Assembly: GCA_963719225.1 (NCBI GenBank)
Contig: CAVRAY010000001.1
Coordinates: forward strand, 1,856,001 to 1,920,000
DNA from: Thermoanaerobaculia bacterium
GTDB taxonomy: Bacteria; Acidobacteriota; Thermoanaerobaculia; UBA5066
Reading direction: 5' to 3'
Length of the DNA: 64,000 bases
Both the position numbers and the translations under genes were made by a program. Shown piece after piece: positions 48,723-57,863 of this stretch (positions are counted from its first letter, which is position 1; every line of letters starts with the position of its first letter). The notes beneath the pieces are model-generated. The model was not told the origin of the DNA, did not search any database, and saw nothing but the letters and a program-made list of their open reading frames with translations.

Positions 48723-50969
48723 ATGGCCCTGTTCGGGCTGGTCGCGGCGGCGAGTCTCGCGGCGGCCTGCGGGGGCACGCGCCCCATGCCCGCGCTGGAG
48801 GACTACTCGCACGGAACTTCCGCCTTCGTGACCGAGTTGGGAAGGGAGTTTCAGGTCGGAAGAAGACCAGGAGAAGATTTCTTAGAAGGGGAAAGAGAAA
48901 GAGAGGATTTCTTAGAAGGTAATAGGGGAAAAGGCGCTGGTGCGATGGAGTCGCCGGCGGCAGCGCCCCTCAGGGAGTTTCAGTCGCGCTGGCGTTCCAC
49001 GTGCCATTTCCGCTGTGCTTCGGCGGTCCGCATCGTCGACCTTCAGAAGAAATCCTCTTCGGACCTGACTCTGCGCATTGAAGTCCGCCTCCAGGGCTTC
49101 GCCCGCGCGGAGGATCCGGAGCGCGTCGCGGCCTTGGGTGTCTTCGATCTCTCCCTCTTTCGCAGGGAAACCTCCGAATCCTCCTCGAAGACCCGCTGGC
49201 AGTTGCGTTCCGCTTCCGCCGTCGGCGCGTCCGAGATCCAGCGCGGCCATCCCCATCTCTTCGAGGAAGCCGCCGCGCGCGGTCTCGTCGCTCCGCACGA
49301 GCCCCTCGATCCCGTGGAGTCGACGAACCTTTGCCTCCCCGCGACGCACCACCACCCGGGAGTTCTGCTCGTGGACGTCGACGCGGACGGCGCCGTGGAC
49401 GTCGTCGTTCCGAACCGCCACCCGCGGCTTTTCCTGAACGACGGCTCCGGGCATTTCCTCGACGCGACCGCCGGCTCCGGCCTCGACCTCCTGCCCGAGA
49501 TGGAAGCGTCCGGGGGCGTCGCCGCCGACGTGGACGGGGACGGGCTGCCGGACCTCTTCCTCTCGAATCACATATCGCCGTGCCGGCTCCTGAAGAATCT
49601 CGGGCACGGGAGGTTCCGCGACGTCACCCAGGAGTGGGGCCTGGCGGGCCTCTCCGGGCCGTTCACGTCGGCCGTGTTCTTCGACGCCGACCGCGACGCC
49701 CGCGTCGATCTCTTCGTCGCGAGCTACGGAGACGCGCGCGCCACCGGCCCGGCCTATGACGGCCTGAACGGCACGGGCGACCGCTTCTTCCGGAACGTGG
49801 AGCGGAACGGGCACCCGTTCTTCGTGGACGAGACGGCGGCCTCCGGACTGCGGGACGTGGGCTGGGGCTTCGCCGCCGAGGCCTGCGACGCGGACGACGA
49901 CGGCGACGACGACCTCTACGTCGCGAACGATTTCGGGATGAACGGGTTCTTCGAGAACCGCTCCACGCCCGGCCACCCGCACTTCGTCAACATCGCCCGG
50001 ACGAATGGCACGAAGGACGAGGGATATGGAATGGGCGTCGCCTGGGGGGATTACGACGGAGACGGCCGCTGGGACCTGCACGTCTCGGATTACTGGACGC
50101 CCTATCGCTGGATCCTGAACGACTCCCGTTGGCCCATGCCGCCGCTCCCGGGCGCGGGCCTCGTGCGGGGACACATGGCGAAGATCATGAAGCGGCGTTC
50201 GGGGGGCGACGCGCTCTTTCGCAATCTCGGTGGCCTGAAGTTCGCGCGCACGTCGGAGGCAGCCGGCGTCGCGGACGGAGGCTGGGCCTGGGGCACGGAG
50301 TTCGTGGACCTCGACGGGAAAGGCCGCGAGGATCTCCTCGTCGTGAACGGCATGTTCCGGGCGACGACGGGCGTCGACGACGAGATCTCGTTCTGGAACG
50401 CGATGGGGCGGGAAGGCGTGAACTTCCACGACGGGATCTGGGGAGCCATCGACTTCGGCGTCAACGGCATGGCGTCACGGACGCCGAAGAAGCTCTTCTG
50501 GAATCGCGGCGACGGCACCTTCGAGGAGCGGGCGTTCGTGGAAGGGTTCGACACGCTCGAGGACACGCGCGGCCTCGCATATGCCGACCTCGACGGCGAC
50601 GGCGCGCCGGAGATCGTCGTCTCGTGCTTCCGCGGCCCCCTGCACGTCTATCGCAACGAATGGGGCAGCGGCGCCGGACGTGTCGTCGTCCGGCTCTCGG
50701 CCGACAAGGGCACGAACCGCGACGCTCTCGGCGCCGTCGTGCGCCTCACGGCCAACGGCAAGCTCCAGCTTCGCGAGGTGCGCGCGGGCTCGTCTTATCT
50801 CTCGCAGTCGTCGCACGATCTCCTCTTCGGCCTCGGCGGCGCGAAAGCGGCGGACCTCGAGGTCCGCTGGCCGGATGGGAGGAAGGACACGCTGCGCGAT
50901 GTTCCGGCCGGCACACTCGTGACGCTGGTCGAGGGAAGAAAAGAGAAGAGAGACTTGCTTAGAAAGTGA
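48723..50969 (+). CDS. CRTAC1-family FG-GAP/ASPIC-UnbV lipoprotein
   Basis: Repeated DxDGDGxxDL, LAAAC lipobox, GSSYLSQS..FGLG C-terminal domain; start 48708 or 48723. Confidence 0.88.
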   Translation: MALFGLVAAASLAAACGGTRPMPALEDYSHGTSAFVTELGREFQVGRRPGEDFLEGEREREDFLEGNRGKGAGAMESPAAAPLREFQSRWRSTCHFRCASAVRIVDLQKKSSSDLTLRIEVRLQGFARAEDPERVAALGVFDLSLFRRETSESSSKTRWQLRSASAVGASEIQRGHPHLFEEAAARGLVAPHEPLDPVESTNLCLPATHHHPGVLLVDVDADGAVDVVVPNRHPRLFLNDGSGHFLDATAGSGLDLLPEMEASGGVAADVDGDGLPDLFLSNHISPCRLLKNLGHGRFRDVTQEWGLAGLSGPFTSAVFFDADRDARVDLFVASYGDARATGPAYDGLNGTGDRFFRNVERNGHPFFVDETAASGLRDVGWGFAAEACDADDDGDDDLYVANDFGMNGFFENRSTPGHPHFVNIARTNGTKDEGYGMGVAWGDYDGDGRWDLHVSDYWTPYRWILNDSRWPMPPLPGAGLVRGHMAKIMKRRSGGDALFRNLGGLKFARTSEAAGVADGGWAWGTEFVDLDGKGREDLLVVNGMFRATTGVDDEISFWNAMGREGVNFHDGIWGAIDFGVNGMASRTPKKLFWNRGDGTFEERAFVEGFDTLEDTRGLAYADLDGDGAPEIVVSCFRGPLHVYRNEWGSGAGRVVVRLSADKGTNRDALGAVVRLTANGKLQLREVRAGSSYLSQSSHDLLFGLGGAKAADLEVRWPDGRKDTLRDVPAGTLVTLVEGRKEKRDLLRK
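48871..49060. repeat. Two tandem motif copies at 30-bp spacing plus a reverse variant
   Basis: GAGAAGATTTCTTAGAAGGGGAA (48871) and GAGAGGATTTCTTAGAAGGTAAT (48901); CCTTCAGAAGAAATCCTCTTC at ~49040 (-). Confidence 0.8.
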
Positions 50970-51155
50970 ATGCGGAAAGACAAGAGCATATGCGGCAATA
51001 TCCATTCGATGAGCCGGCTTTTCTTTGTCCTCTTCTTCAATTCCCTTTCTAAGAAACCGTCTCTCTTCGAGCGTAGCGGTTGGGCCGCCCTTGCAATTCT
51101 GGTGGCAGCCGTCGCCTTGCCCTATTCCTCTTCAGCAGAAAATCCCTCTTCTCCC
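50931..51155. repeat. Convergent motif group at the gene junction
   Basis: GACTTGCTTAGAAAGTGAAT 50952 (+); TTCCCTTTCTAAGAAACC 51041 (-); weaker reverse variant at ~51130. Confidence 0.75.
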
Positions 51156-54100
51156 CGGTTCTCTCCCGAGCAGGCTTCGCGGATCCTGACGCTGCGAAAC
51201 GTGGGCCTCGCGCAACTCGAAGAAGACCGCCCGAAGGAGGCTCGCACGACGTTCGCGAAGCTCGCGGAGCTGCTGCCGGGCGAGCCGCTGCCGCTCGCGA
51301 ACGCCGCGATCGCAGCGTTGCGCGAGAAGGATCTGCCGGGAGCGGAGGCGATCCTCGGCAAGGCGCTCGCGCTGGGAGATCGGGCGGACCTTCAGGCCAT
51401 TCGCGCGCTTCTCGAAAACGAGCGAAACCGGCCCCCGGCCGCCCGGGCCGCTTTCGAGAGGGCCGCGTCTCTCGACCCGCACGACCTGGAGTCGCGCTGG
51501 CGCTTCGCGCGAAGCGTCGAGACGGACCCGTCCGCGTCGGCGGCCGACAAGGCCGCGCGCCGCGCGCGCCTCGCGGAGATCGTCGCGCGCTCGCCCTCGA
51601 ATCTGCCCGCGCGCCTGAAGCTCCTCCTCCTCGAGGGCGAGTCGAACGATGCGGCCGCGCTCTCGAAGGGCCTCGCGGAGCTGGATCCGCTCATCTCGGA
51701 CGGCGATGCCCGCCTGCGCCATTTTCTCGCGGAAGCCCGAACGCTCCTTGCCGGGGGCGACGTCAAGGGTGCCACGGTCAAAGTCCGCGTCCTCGAGAAC
51801 CTCCTCAGAGTCACGCCGCGCTACCAGCAGTCGCTCGGCGAGGTGTTCACGCAGGTCGTGGGGCTGCCCGTCGAGAAATTCTCCTCGAAGGTGGAGGAGG
51901 GATTGCGCACCGGCGCGGGTGCGGCGATTCCCGTGACGTTCCGCGCTCCGGCGGCGTCCGAGGAGAACGTGGAGAAGATTCTTCGAAAAGTGGATCTGAA
52001 GAACACGGGCGCGGCCGAGGCGTATTCCGTACCCGCCCCGTTCACCGCCGCTGTCTTCATCGATTTCGACCTCGACGGCGACCTCGACGTCTACCACTTC
52101 GGCGCGGGCAGGGCCGATCAGCTCCTCCGCAACAACCTCGATGGCACGTTCGCGGACGTGACGGCGAAAACCGGCGACGCGAAGCTCACCTCGAGAAAAG
52201 TCGTCCTCTCCGATGTGGATCGCGACGGCGATCCGGACCTCGTGGCGATCGACGCAAAAGGCGAGGTGGTCATTCGGCTGAATCTCCGCCAGGGCGTCTT
52301 CCGGAACGTCCCGCTCGGGGTGAATGGGGCGACGGATGTCGCGGTCGAGGACCTGAACGGAGATGGAATTCCCGACATCGTGGTGGCCACCTCCCACGGG
52401 CTGCGGCTGCTGTTGGGAAAGGGAGACGGGAGTTTCTTAGAAGGCGCGGGGAGCGGGCTCGATGCGGCGGGCGGCTCGGCCGCGATGCGGGCGGTGGTGC
52501 TTGGGGATTTCGACAACGACGGTTTTCCGGACGTCGTGGTGGCCTCTTCGGACGGCCTGCGCGCGTATCGCAACGTCGGGGGCGGCAAGTTCACGGACTG
52601 GCCGATCTTCTCTTCCCCTTCTAAGAAGTCTTCTTCCTCGTTCTCTTCGAACCTCTCGAACATCGAGGCGCTTCTCGCGTACGACGCGGACAAGGACGGG
52701 GATCTCGACCTCCTCGTCTCGGCCGGCGGGAAGACCACGGTCCTCGTCAACGACGGCGGAAATGCGAACGGCTGGCTCGACGTCGTGCTCGAAGGGCTGC
52801 AGACGGGATCGGGCAAGGTGAACAAGCACGGCGTCGGAAGCCTCGTCGAGGTGAAGGCGGGGAGCCTGTACGTCGCACGCACGGCGGGACTGGGGCCGAC
52901 GCATTTCGGTCTCGGGCGGCGCACGAAGGCGGACGTCGTGAGGGCGACGTGGACGAACGGCGTGCCGCAGAACCTCTTCGACCAGAAATCGAAGACCGTC
53001 GTGAAGGAGGTCCAGCAGCTCAAAGGTTCGTGTCCGTTCGTGTATGCGTTGAACGGCGAGGCCCGGGTCTGGAGCTTCGTCTCCGACGCGCTCGGCCGCT
53101 CGCCCATCGGGCTCCTCTACGACGGCGTCCACCTCGCGGGCGCCGACACGCGTGAATGGCTCTTCATCGACGGGGACACGCTGCGGCCCGACGCGCACCG
53201 CCGCCTCCTCCTCGACTACACCGAGGAGCTCTGGGAAGTCGCGTACCTCGACGAGGCGACGCTCGTGGCCGTCGATCATCCCGGGGGGACGGGCGTCGTC
53301 CCGAACGAGCGAACGATCCCGGGCGTGATGGAGAAGAAGGTCTTCACCGTGGCACGCCCGCGGCCACTGCGCTCCGCTTTCTCGGACGCCTCCGGCCGCT
53401 CCGAAGACGTGACCGGCCGGCTCGCGCGGCGCGACCGGGTCTACGTGAGCCCGGGGCCCGAGATGTTCTATCAGGGCGTGAGACAGGAGCACTCTCTCGT
53501 CCTCGATCTCGGCGACGTGAAGGGCGGCGATCGCGTCGTCCTCTACCTCTCCGGCTGGATCTTCTACACGGACACGTCCATCAACGTCTCGATCTCGCAG
53601 CGCGGGGACCTTCGACACTTTCCGCCGCTTCTCGAGGTTCCGGACGGAAACGGCGGATGGAAGATCGCGATGGAGTCGTTCGGCTTCCCGGCGGGCAAGA
53701 CGAAGACGATGCCCGTCGATCTCACGGGGCTCGTCGATCCGAAGGACCCGCGCGTGCGAATTCGCACCACCATGGCGATCTTCTGGGACGAGGCCTTCGT
53801 CACGGTGAACGACCCGGCGGTCGATGTGGTGACGACTTCGCTCGCGCCGTCCTCGGCTTCTCTCTCGGAGCGCGGCTTTCCGCGCGGGTATCGCGAGACT
53901 CCGGACGGACCCGAGGTGTTCGACCACGGCGACGTCTCGACCGCGCCGCGCTGGGAGGACATGCCCGGCCGCGTCACGCGCCTCGGCGACGTCACGGAGC
54001 TGCTCGCGAAGACGGACGACCGCTGGGTCGCGTTCAAGGGAGGCGACGCGATTCGCATCGCGTACGACGCCTCGAAGCTGCCGCCTCTCGCGCCGGGCTG

Positions 54101-54314
54101 GCGACGCGACTGGATCCTCGTCTCCGACGGCTGGGACAAGGACTTCGACAAGAACACGGTCACGGGCCAGTCCTACGAGCCATGGCCCTTCCATGCGATG
54201 TCGGCATACCCCTACCCGCCCTCCGAGCACCATCCCGATCCGAAGTTCCTCGAGGAGACGCTCACGCGAAAGGTCGGGCCCGAGCGATTCCGAAACGCGC
54301 TGGGGGAAAGATAA
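50970..54314 (+). CDS. TPR + FG-GAP + ASPIC/UnbV protein with additional C-terminal domain
   Basis: TPR helices, DFDLDGDLD repeats, HFGLG, GSCPFVY, GWDKDFDKNT; true start may be downstream (51009). Confidence 0.88.
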   Translation: MRKDKSICGNIHSMSRLFFVLFFNSLSKKPSLFERSGWAALAILVAAVALPYSSSAENPSSPRFSPEQASRILTLRNVGLAQLEEDRPKEARTTFAKLAELLPGEPLPLANAAIAALREKDLPGAEAILGKALALGDRADLQAIRALLENERNRPPAARAAFERAASLDPHDLESRWRFARSVETDPSASAADKAARRARLAEIVARSPSNLPARLKLLLLEGESNDAAALSKGLAELDPLISDGDARLRHFLAEARTLLAGGDVKGATVKVRVLENLLRVTPRYQQSLGEVFTQVVGLPVEKFSSKVEEGLRTGAGAAIPVTFRAPAASEENVEKILRKVDLKNTGAAEAYSVPAPFTAAVFIDFDLDGDLDVYHFGAGRADQLLRNNLDGTFADVTAKTGDAKLTSRKVVLSDVDRDGDPDLVAIDAKGEVVIRLNLRQGVFRNVPLGVNGATDVAVEDLNGDGIPDIVVATSHGLRLLLGKGDGSFLEGAGSGLDAAGGSAAMRAVVLGDFDNDGFPDVVVASSDGLRAYRNVGGGKFTDWPIFSSPSKKSSSSFSSNLSNIEALLAYDADKDGDLDLLVSAGGKTTVLVNDGGNANGWLDVVLEGLQTGSGKVNKHGVGSLVEVKAGSLYVARTAGLGPTHFGLGRRTKADVVRATWTNGVPQNLFDQKSKTVVKEVQQLKGSCPFVYALNGEARVWSFVSDALGRSPIGLLYDGVHLAGADTREWLFIDGDTLRPDAHRRLLLDYTEELWEVAYLDEATLVAVDHPGGTGVVPNERTIPGVMEKKVFTVARPRPLRSAFSDASGRSEDVTGRLARRDRVYVSPGPEMFYQGVRQEHSLVLDLGDVKGGDRVVLYLSGWIFYTDTSINVSISQRGDLRHFPPLLEVPDGNGGWKIAMESFGFPAGKTKTMPVDLTGLVDPKDPRVRIRTTMAIFWDEAFVTVNDPAVDVVTTSLAPSSASLSERGFPRGYRETPDGPEVFDHGDVSTAPRWEDMPGRVTRLGDVTELLAKTDDRWVAFKGGDAIRIAYDASKLPPLAPGWRRDWILVSDGWDKDFDKNTVTGQSYEPWPFHAMSAYPYPPSEHHPDPKFLEETLTRKVGPERFRNALGER
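52416..52665. repeat. Convergent motif pair inside the TPR/FG-GAP gene
   Basis: GAGTTTCTTAGAAGG 52430 (+); TCTTCCCCTTCTAAGAAGTCTTCTTCCTCGTTCTCTTCGAAC 52611-52652 (-). Confidence 0.78.
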
Positions 54315-54375
54315 TTTTGCTCGCTCGTGAACCGGGCCGACTGCGACGACCTACAGTGGGGCTGGTGTAAGGGTG

Positions 54376-54485
54376 TTTTTTCTTAGAAGGGTGAATTCTC
54401 TGACAGCAGCCGCACTCGCAGCGCTTCTCCTGTCGCCGCGCCCCTCTTACCCATTCGAAGGATCTTCTTCTTCTTCTTCCTCTTT
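54376..54485. repeat. Convergent motif pair at the start of the third CRTAC1 gene
   Basis: TTTTCTTAGAAGGGTGAAT 54378 (+); CCATTCGAAGGATC(TTC)n 54451 (-). Confidence 0.7.
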
Positions 54486-56133
54486 GACTCCTCCCATCCG
54501 CTTCACCGACGTGACCAAGCGAGCGGGACTGAACTTCAGGTTCGAGACCGACCTCCGCCGCGGGCGGAACCTGGCGACCATGGGCGGGGGCGTGGCGATG
54601 GGGGACTTCGACGGCGACGGTTTCGCCGACCTCTTCTTCACGGGCTCCGTCGCGAACGGCAAGAAGCCCGACGCGGGTCCGTGCGGCGTCCTCTACCGCA
54701 ACCGCGGCGACGGCACGTTCGAGGACGTCACGGCTCGTTCGGGAATCCGGTCGTGCGGCTGGACGATGGGCGCCTCGTGGGTCGACCTCGACGGCTCGGG
54801 GCTCCCGGACCTGATCGTCACGGGAGTCGGAAAGACGTCACTTTTCAAGAACCTCGGGAACGGGACGTTTCGCGAGGAAGGCGCGGTCCGCGGACTCGTC
54901 GCGCCGGGCTACTCCGTGGGCCTCGCGGCTGGCGACGTCGACGGGGACGGCCGCGTCGACCTCTACGTCGTCGGGTACCTCGACACGGATTACAGGAAGG
55001 AACAGTCCTTTCCGGCGCTCCAGGTGCGGATGCCGGAAGACTACGAAGGGCAGCCGGCGACTTTGCTCGTGCAGGATGCCGGGGGTCGTTTCCACGGGCG
55101 CTCGAAACCGGCGGGCGTGACGAACGCGGGGGGGCGCGGGCTGGGAGCGGTGTTCTTCGACTACGACGGCGACGGCCGGCCGGACCTCTACGTCGCGAAC
55201 GACCGGTCGACGAACGTCCTCTACCGCAACCGTGGCGACGGCACGTTCGAGGACGTGACGGTCGAGACCGGCGGGGGCGCACGCGACCAGAAGATTCCCC
55301 GCGCGGGCATGGGAATCGCGGTCGGCGACGTGGACGGAGACGGGCTGCCGGACGTTCTCGTCACGAATTTCTCCGGGGAGCCGAACACGCTCTATCGAAA
55401 CGTGGACGGGATTCTCTTCGACGACGCGACCGAGACTTTTGGCGTGGATCGCGCCTCTTTTCCATACGTGGAATGGGGGACCGACTTCGCGGACCTCGAC
55501 GACGACGGCCGGATGGATCTCGTGGCGGCGTCGGGCCACCTCGTGCCGCGCATTCTCCTCACGTTCGCGAAGTTCTTCCGGAAGAACGGCCTCGGAGTGT
55601 ACGGGCTCGGTGACCACTCCTACGCGCAGCCGCCGCTCGTCTGGCGCAACGACGGGCACGGCCGCCTCGCCGACGTCACGCTCCAATCGGGCGACTGGGC
55701 AGCCCTGCGCCTCTCGGCGCGCGGGCTCGCGGTAGGCGACGTGGACGGCGACGGGCGGCTCGACGTCGCGATCGCCGCGATCGCCGGCGGGATCCGCCTC
55801 ATGAAGAACTCCACGGGGTCACCCGGGCACGCGCTCGAGATCCTGCCGGTCGCGGGAGCGGACCGCCGGACCGTTCTCGGGACGAGGGTCGTCGTGACCG
55901 CGGGCGCTCTCCGCCAGGTGCAGGAGTTCATCCTGCGGCCCTCGTACGCATCCGGGGCGTGGATGCCGCTGCACTTCGGGCTCGGCGCGGCGACCGCGGC
56001 TACGGTGGAAGTCGTCCCGCCCGGAAAGACGGCTCCCGCCTCGCGCTTCGAGGCCGTGGCCGCCGACCGTCTCTACACCCTGCGCGACGGGAAGCTCGAG
56101 GAGAAGAGGGGATTCAGGCTCCAGCGGCCGTGA
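54391..56133 (+). CDS. CRTAC1-family FG-GAP/ASPIC-UnbV protein
   Basis: FTDVT..AGL, DFDGDG repeats, LYRNRGDGTFEDVT twice, LHFGLG; start 54373 or 54391. Confidence 0.9.
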   Translation: MNSLTAAALAALLLSPRPSYPFEGSSSSSSSLTPPIRFTDVTKRAGLNFRFETDLRRGRNLATMGGGVAMGDFDGDGFADLFFTGSVANGKKPDAGPCGVLYRNRGDGTFEDVTARSGIRSCGWTMGASWVDLDGSGLPDLIVTGVGKTSLFKNLGNGTFREEGAVRGLVAPGYSVGLAAGDVDGDGRVDLYVVGYLDTDYRKEQSFPALQVRMPEDYEGQPATLLVQDAGGRFHGRSKPAGVTNAGGRGLGAVFFDYDGDGRPDLYVANDRSTNVLYRNRGDGTFEDVTVETGGGARDQKIPRAGMGIAVGDVDGDGLPDVLVTNFSGEPNTLYRNVDGILFDDATETFGVDRASFPYVEWGTDFADLDDDGRMDLVAASGHLVPRILLTFAKFFRKNGLGVYGLGDHSYAQPPLVWRNDGHGRLADVTLQSGDWAALRLSARGLAVGDVDGDGRLDVAIAAIAGGIRLMKNSTGSPGHALEILPVAGADRRTVLGTRVVVTAGALRQVQEFILRPSYASGAWMPLHFGLGAATAATVEVVPPGKTAPASRFEAVAADRLYTLRDGKLEEKRGFRLQRP

Positions 56134-56152
56134 GCATTCCGTCCTCCTCGCT

Positions 56153-56521
56153 TCAAAGCATGAACTGCCGGATGGAGCCGCAGACGGAGAGCAACTGAGG
56201 CCGATCCATGCGCCCGACGACGTTGCGGATGACGGATCCCATCATCTGCTGCACACCGGCGAGGCCGATCTTCGCCGACTGCTGCACGATGAAGCCCGCC
56301 TTGGCGACCTCGAGCGGCTTCATGAAGTAAGCGTCCATGCCGCTGTTCGTCAACTTAACGACGACGTCCGCCAGGGCGGCGCGGTGAGCGGTCGCATCCG
56401 GAGCCTGCTCGAGAGTGATGAGCACCGAGAGCGCTTCCTTCTGAAGGGGGACCGGGTAGTGAAAACGAAGGGACGGCTTCGACGACGGGCCGGGTGATTT
56501 CGAGGACGCGAGGATCTTCAT
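56153..56521 (-). CDS. Hypothetical protein
   Basis: Only plausible ORF in the interval; normal composition. Confidence 0.55.
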   Translation of the reverse strand: MKILASSKSPGPSSKPSLRFHYPVPLQKEALSVLITLEQAPDATAHRAALADVVVKLTNSGMDAYFMKPLEVAKAGFIVQQSAKIGLAGVQQMMGSVIRNVVGRMDRPQLLSVCGSIRQFML

Positions 56522-56545
56522 GAGCCTGCGAGTTTGGCAGGGATA

Positions 56546-56655
56546 CGGAAGAGGCGAAGAGATTTCTTAGAGGGGAAGAGGGGCACGCCGCTCCTGTGTT
56601 TGCGGTGTCGAAACCCTGCGGAACACCTTCCGTATTCACCATCTAAGAAAACACC
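56546..56655. repeat. Intergenic convergent motif pair enclosing a hairpin
   Basis: GATTTCTTAGAGGGGAAG 56561 (+); ATTCACCATCTAAGAAAA 56634 (-); internal GTGTTTGCGG..CTGCGGAACAC. Confidence 0.78.
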
Positions 56656-56677
56656 ACGACCCGAAGGGAGGCATTCC

Positions 56678-57727
56678 ATGAAACGCGTCCGAACCGCATT
56701 TATCGCTTTCGTCCCTGTTTTTCTCGCTTTCGCCTCATCCGCCCCCGCCCAGCCGGCGCCGATCGTGCTGCCGGATGCGAGCCCGAAAGCGTCCCTCACG
56801 CAGAACGTGGGCCTGGCCGAGTTCAAGGTCCTGTATCACCGCCCGGCCGTGAACAAGCGAAAGATCTGGGGCGAGCTCGTGCCCTACGGCGAGGTGTGGC
56901 GGGCCGGCGCCAACGAAAACACGACGCTGAGCGCCTCGACGCCGTTCACGTTTGGCGGGAAAGCGGTACCCGCCGGCACGTACGGTCTCCACGTGCTGCC
57001 TTCCGAGAGTGGCGACTGGACCGTCATTCTCAGCTCCCAGTCGAAGGCCTGGGGCAGCTTCAGCTACGACCAGAAAGAGGACGTCGCCCGCGTGAACGCC
57101 AAGCCCCAGTCGGCGGATTTCGTCGAACGGCTCGTCTTCACGTTCGACGAGCCCTCGAACGAGGCGACGGCGCTCTCGCTGCGCTGGGAAAAGATCCGCG
57201 TCGCCGTCCCGATCGCCATCGATACGAAACAGATCACGCTCGAGAGCATCCGCGACCAGCTCCGCGGGCTGCCTCGCTTCGGATGGCAGGGATGGAACCA
57301 GGCGGCCAACTGGTGCGCCCGCAACAACCTCACGACGGACGAAGCGATGGCGTGGGCGGACCGATCCATCACGATGCAGAAGAACTTCGCGAACCTTCGG
57401 ACGAAGGCCCTCCTTCTCGAGAAGAAGGGCGACGCGAAGACGGCCGCCGCCCTGCGCGCCGAGGCGTTGCCTCTTGCGACCGAGGCGGACATCAACAACC
57501 TGGGGTACCAGCTCCTCGGCGAGGGCAAGAACGCGGAGGCCCTCGACTTCTTCCGCAGGAACACGAAGGACCATCCCCAGTCGTGGAACGTCTGGGACAG
57601 CCTCGCCGAGGGCCTCGAGAAGTCGGGCGACAAGAAAGGCGCGCGCGAGAACTACGAAAAAGCGCTGACGATGGCCCCCGAGGACCAGAAAAAGCGCCTC
57701 AACGCCACGATCGCGAGGCTGAAGTAG
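56678..57727 (+). CDS. DUF2911 domain protein with C-terminal TPR
   Basis: SPKAS, YHRPAV..R.IWG.LVPYG.VWRAGANENT, WGSFSY; INNLGY..NVWDSLAE. Confidence 0.88.
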   Translation: MKRVRTAFIAFVPVFLAFASSAPAQPAPIVLPDASPKASLTQNVGLAEFKVLYHRPAVNKRKIWGELVPYGEVWRAGANENTTLSASTPFTFGGKAVPAGTYGLHVLPSESGDWTVILSSQSKAWGSFSYDQKEDVARVNAKPQSADFVERLVFTFDEPSNEATALSLRWEKIRVAVPIAIDTKQITLESIRDQLRGLPRFGWQGWNQAANWCARNNLTTDEAMAWADRSITMQKNFANLRTKALLLEKKGDAKTAAALRAEALPLATEADINNLGYQLLGEGKNAEALDFFRRNTKDHPQSWNVWDSLAEGLEKSGDKKGARENYEKALTMAPEDQKKRLNATIARLK

Positions 57728-57863
57728 ACCCGGCTCTGACGTCTACTGCTTGACGTATACGGCGGTCATGCTCCGGCCCCTCGGGGCGCGCGCTGAGCCG
57801 GTTCCTCCCAAGAATGCGCTTCTCTCCACAGAAGGCCCCGAAAACGGGGAGAAGGAGGGAACG

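Noticed and set aside
48871-48930. CRISPR array interpretation of the repeated motif
   Set aside because: Only two adjacent units, no spacer-length unique sequences, and no cas genes; other copies are irregularly spaced and inverted.
54684-55262. Near-identical repeats encoding LYRNRGDGTFEDVT
   Set aside because: Explained by FG-GAP propeller blade repeats at protein level.
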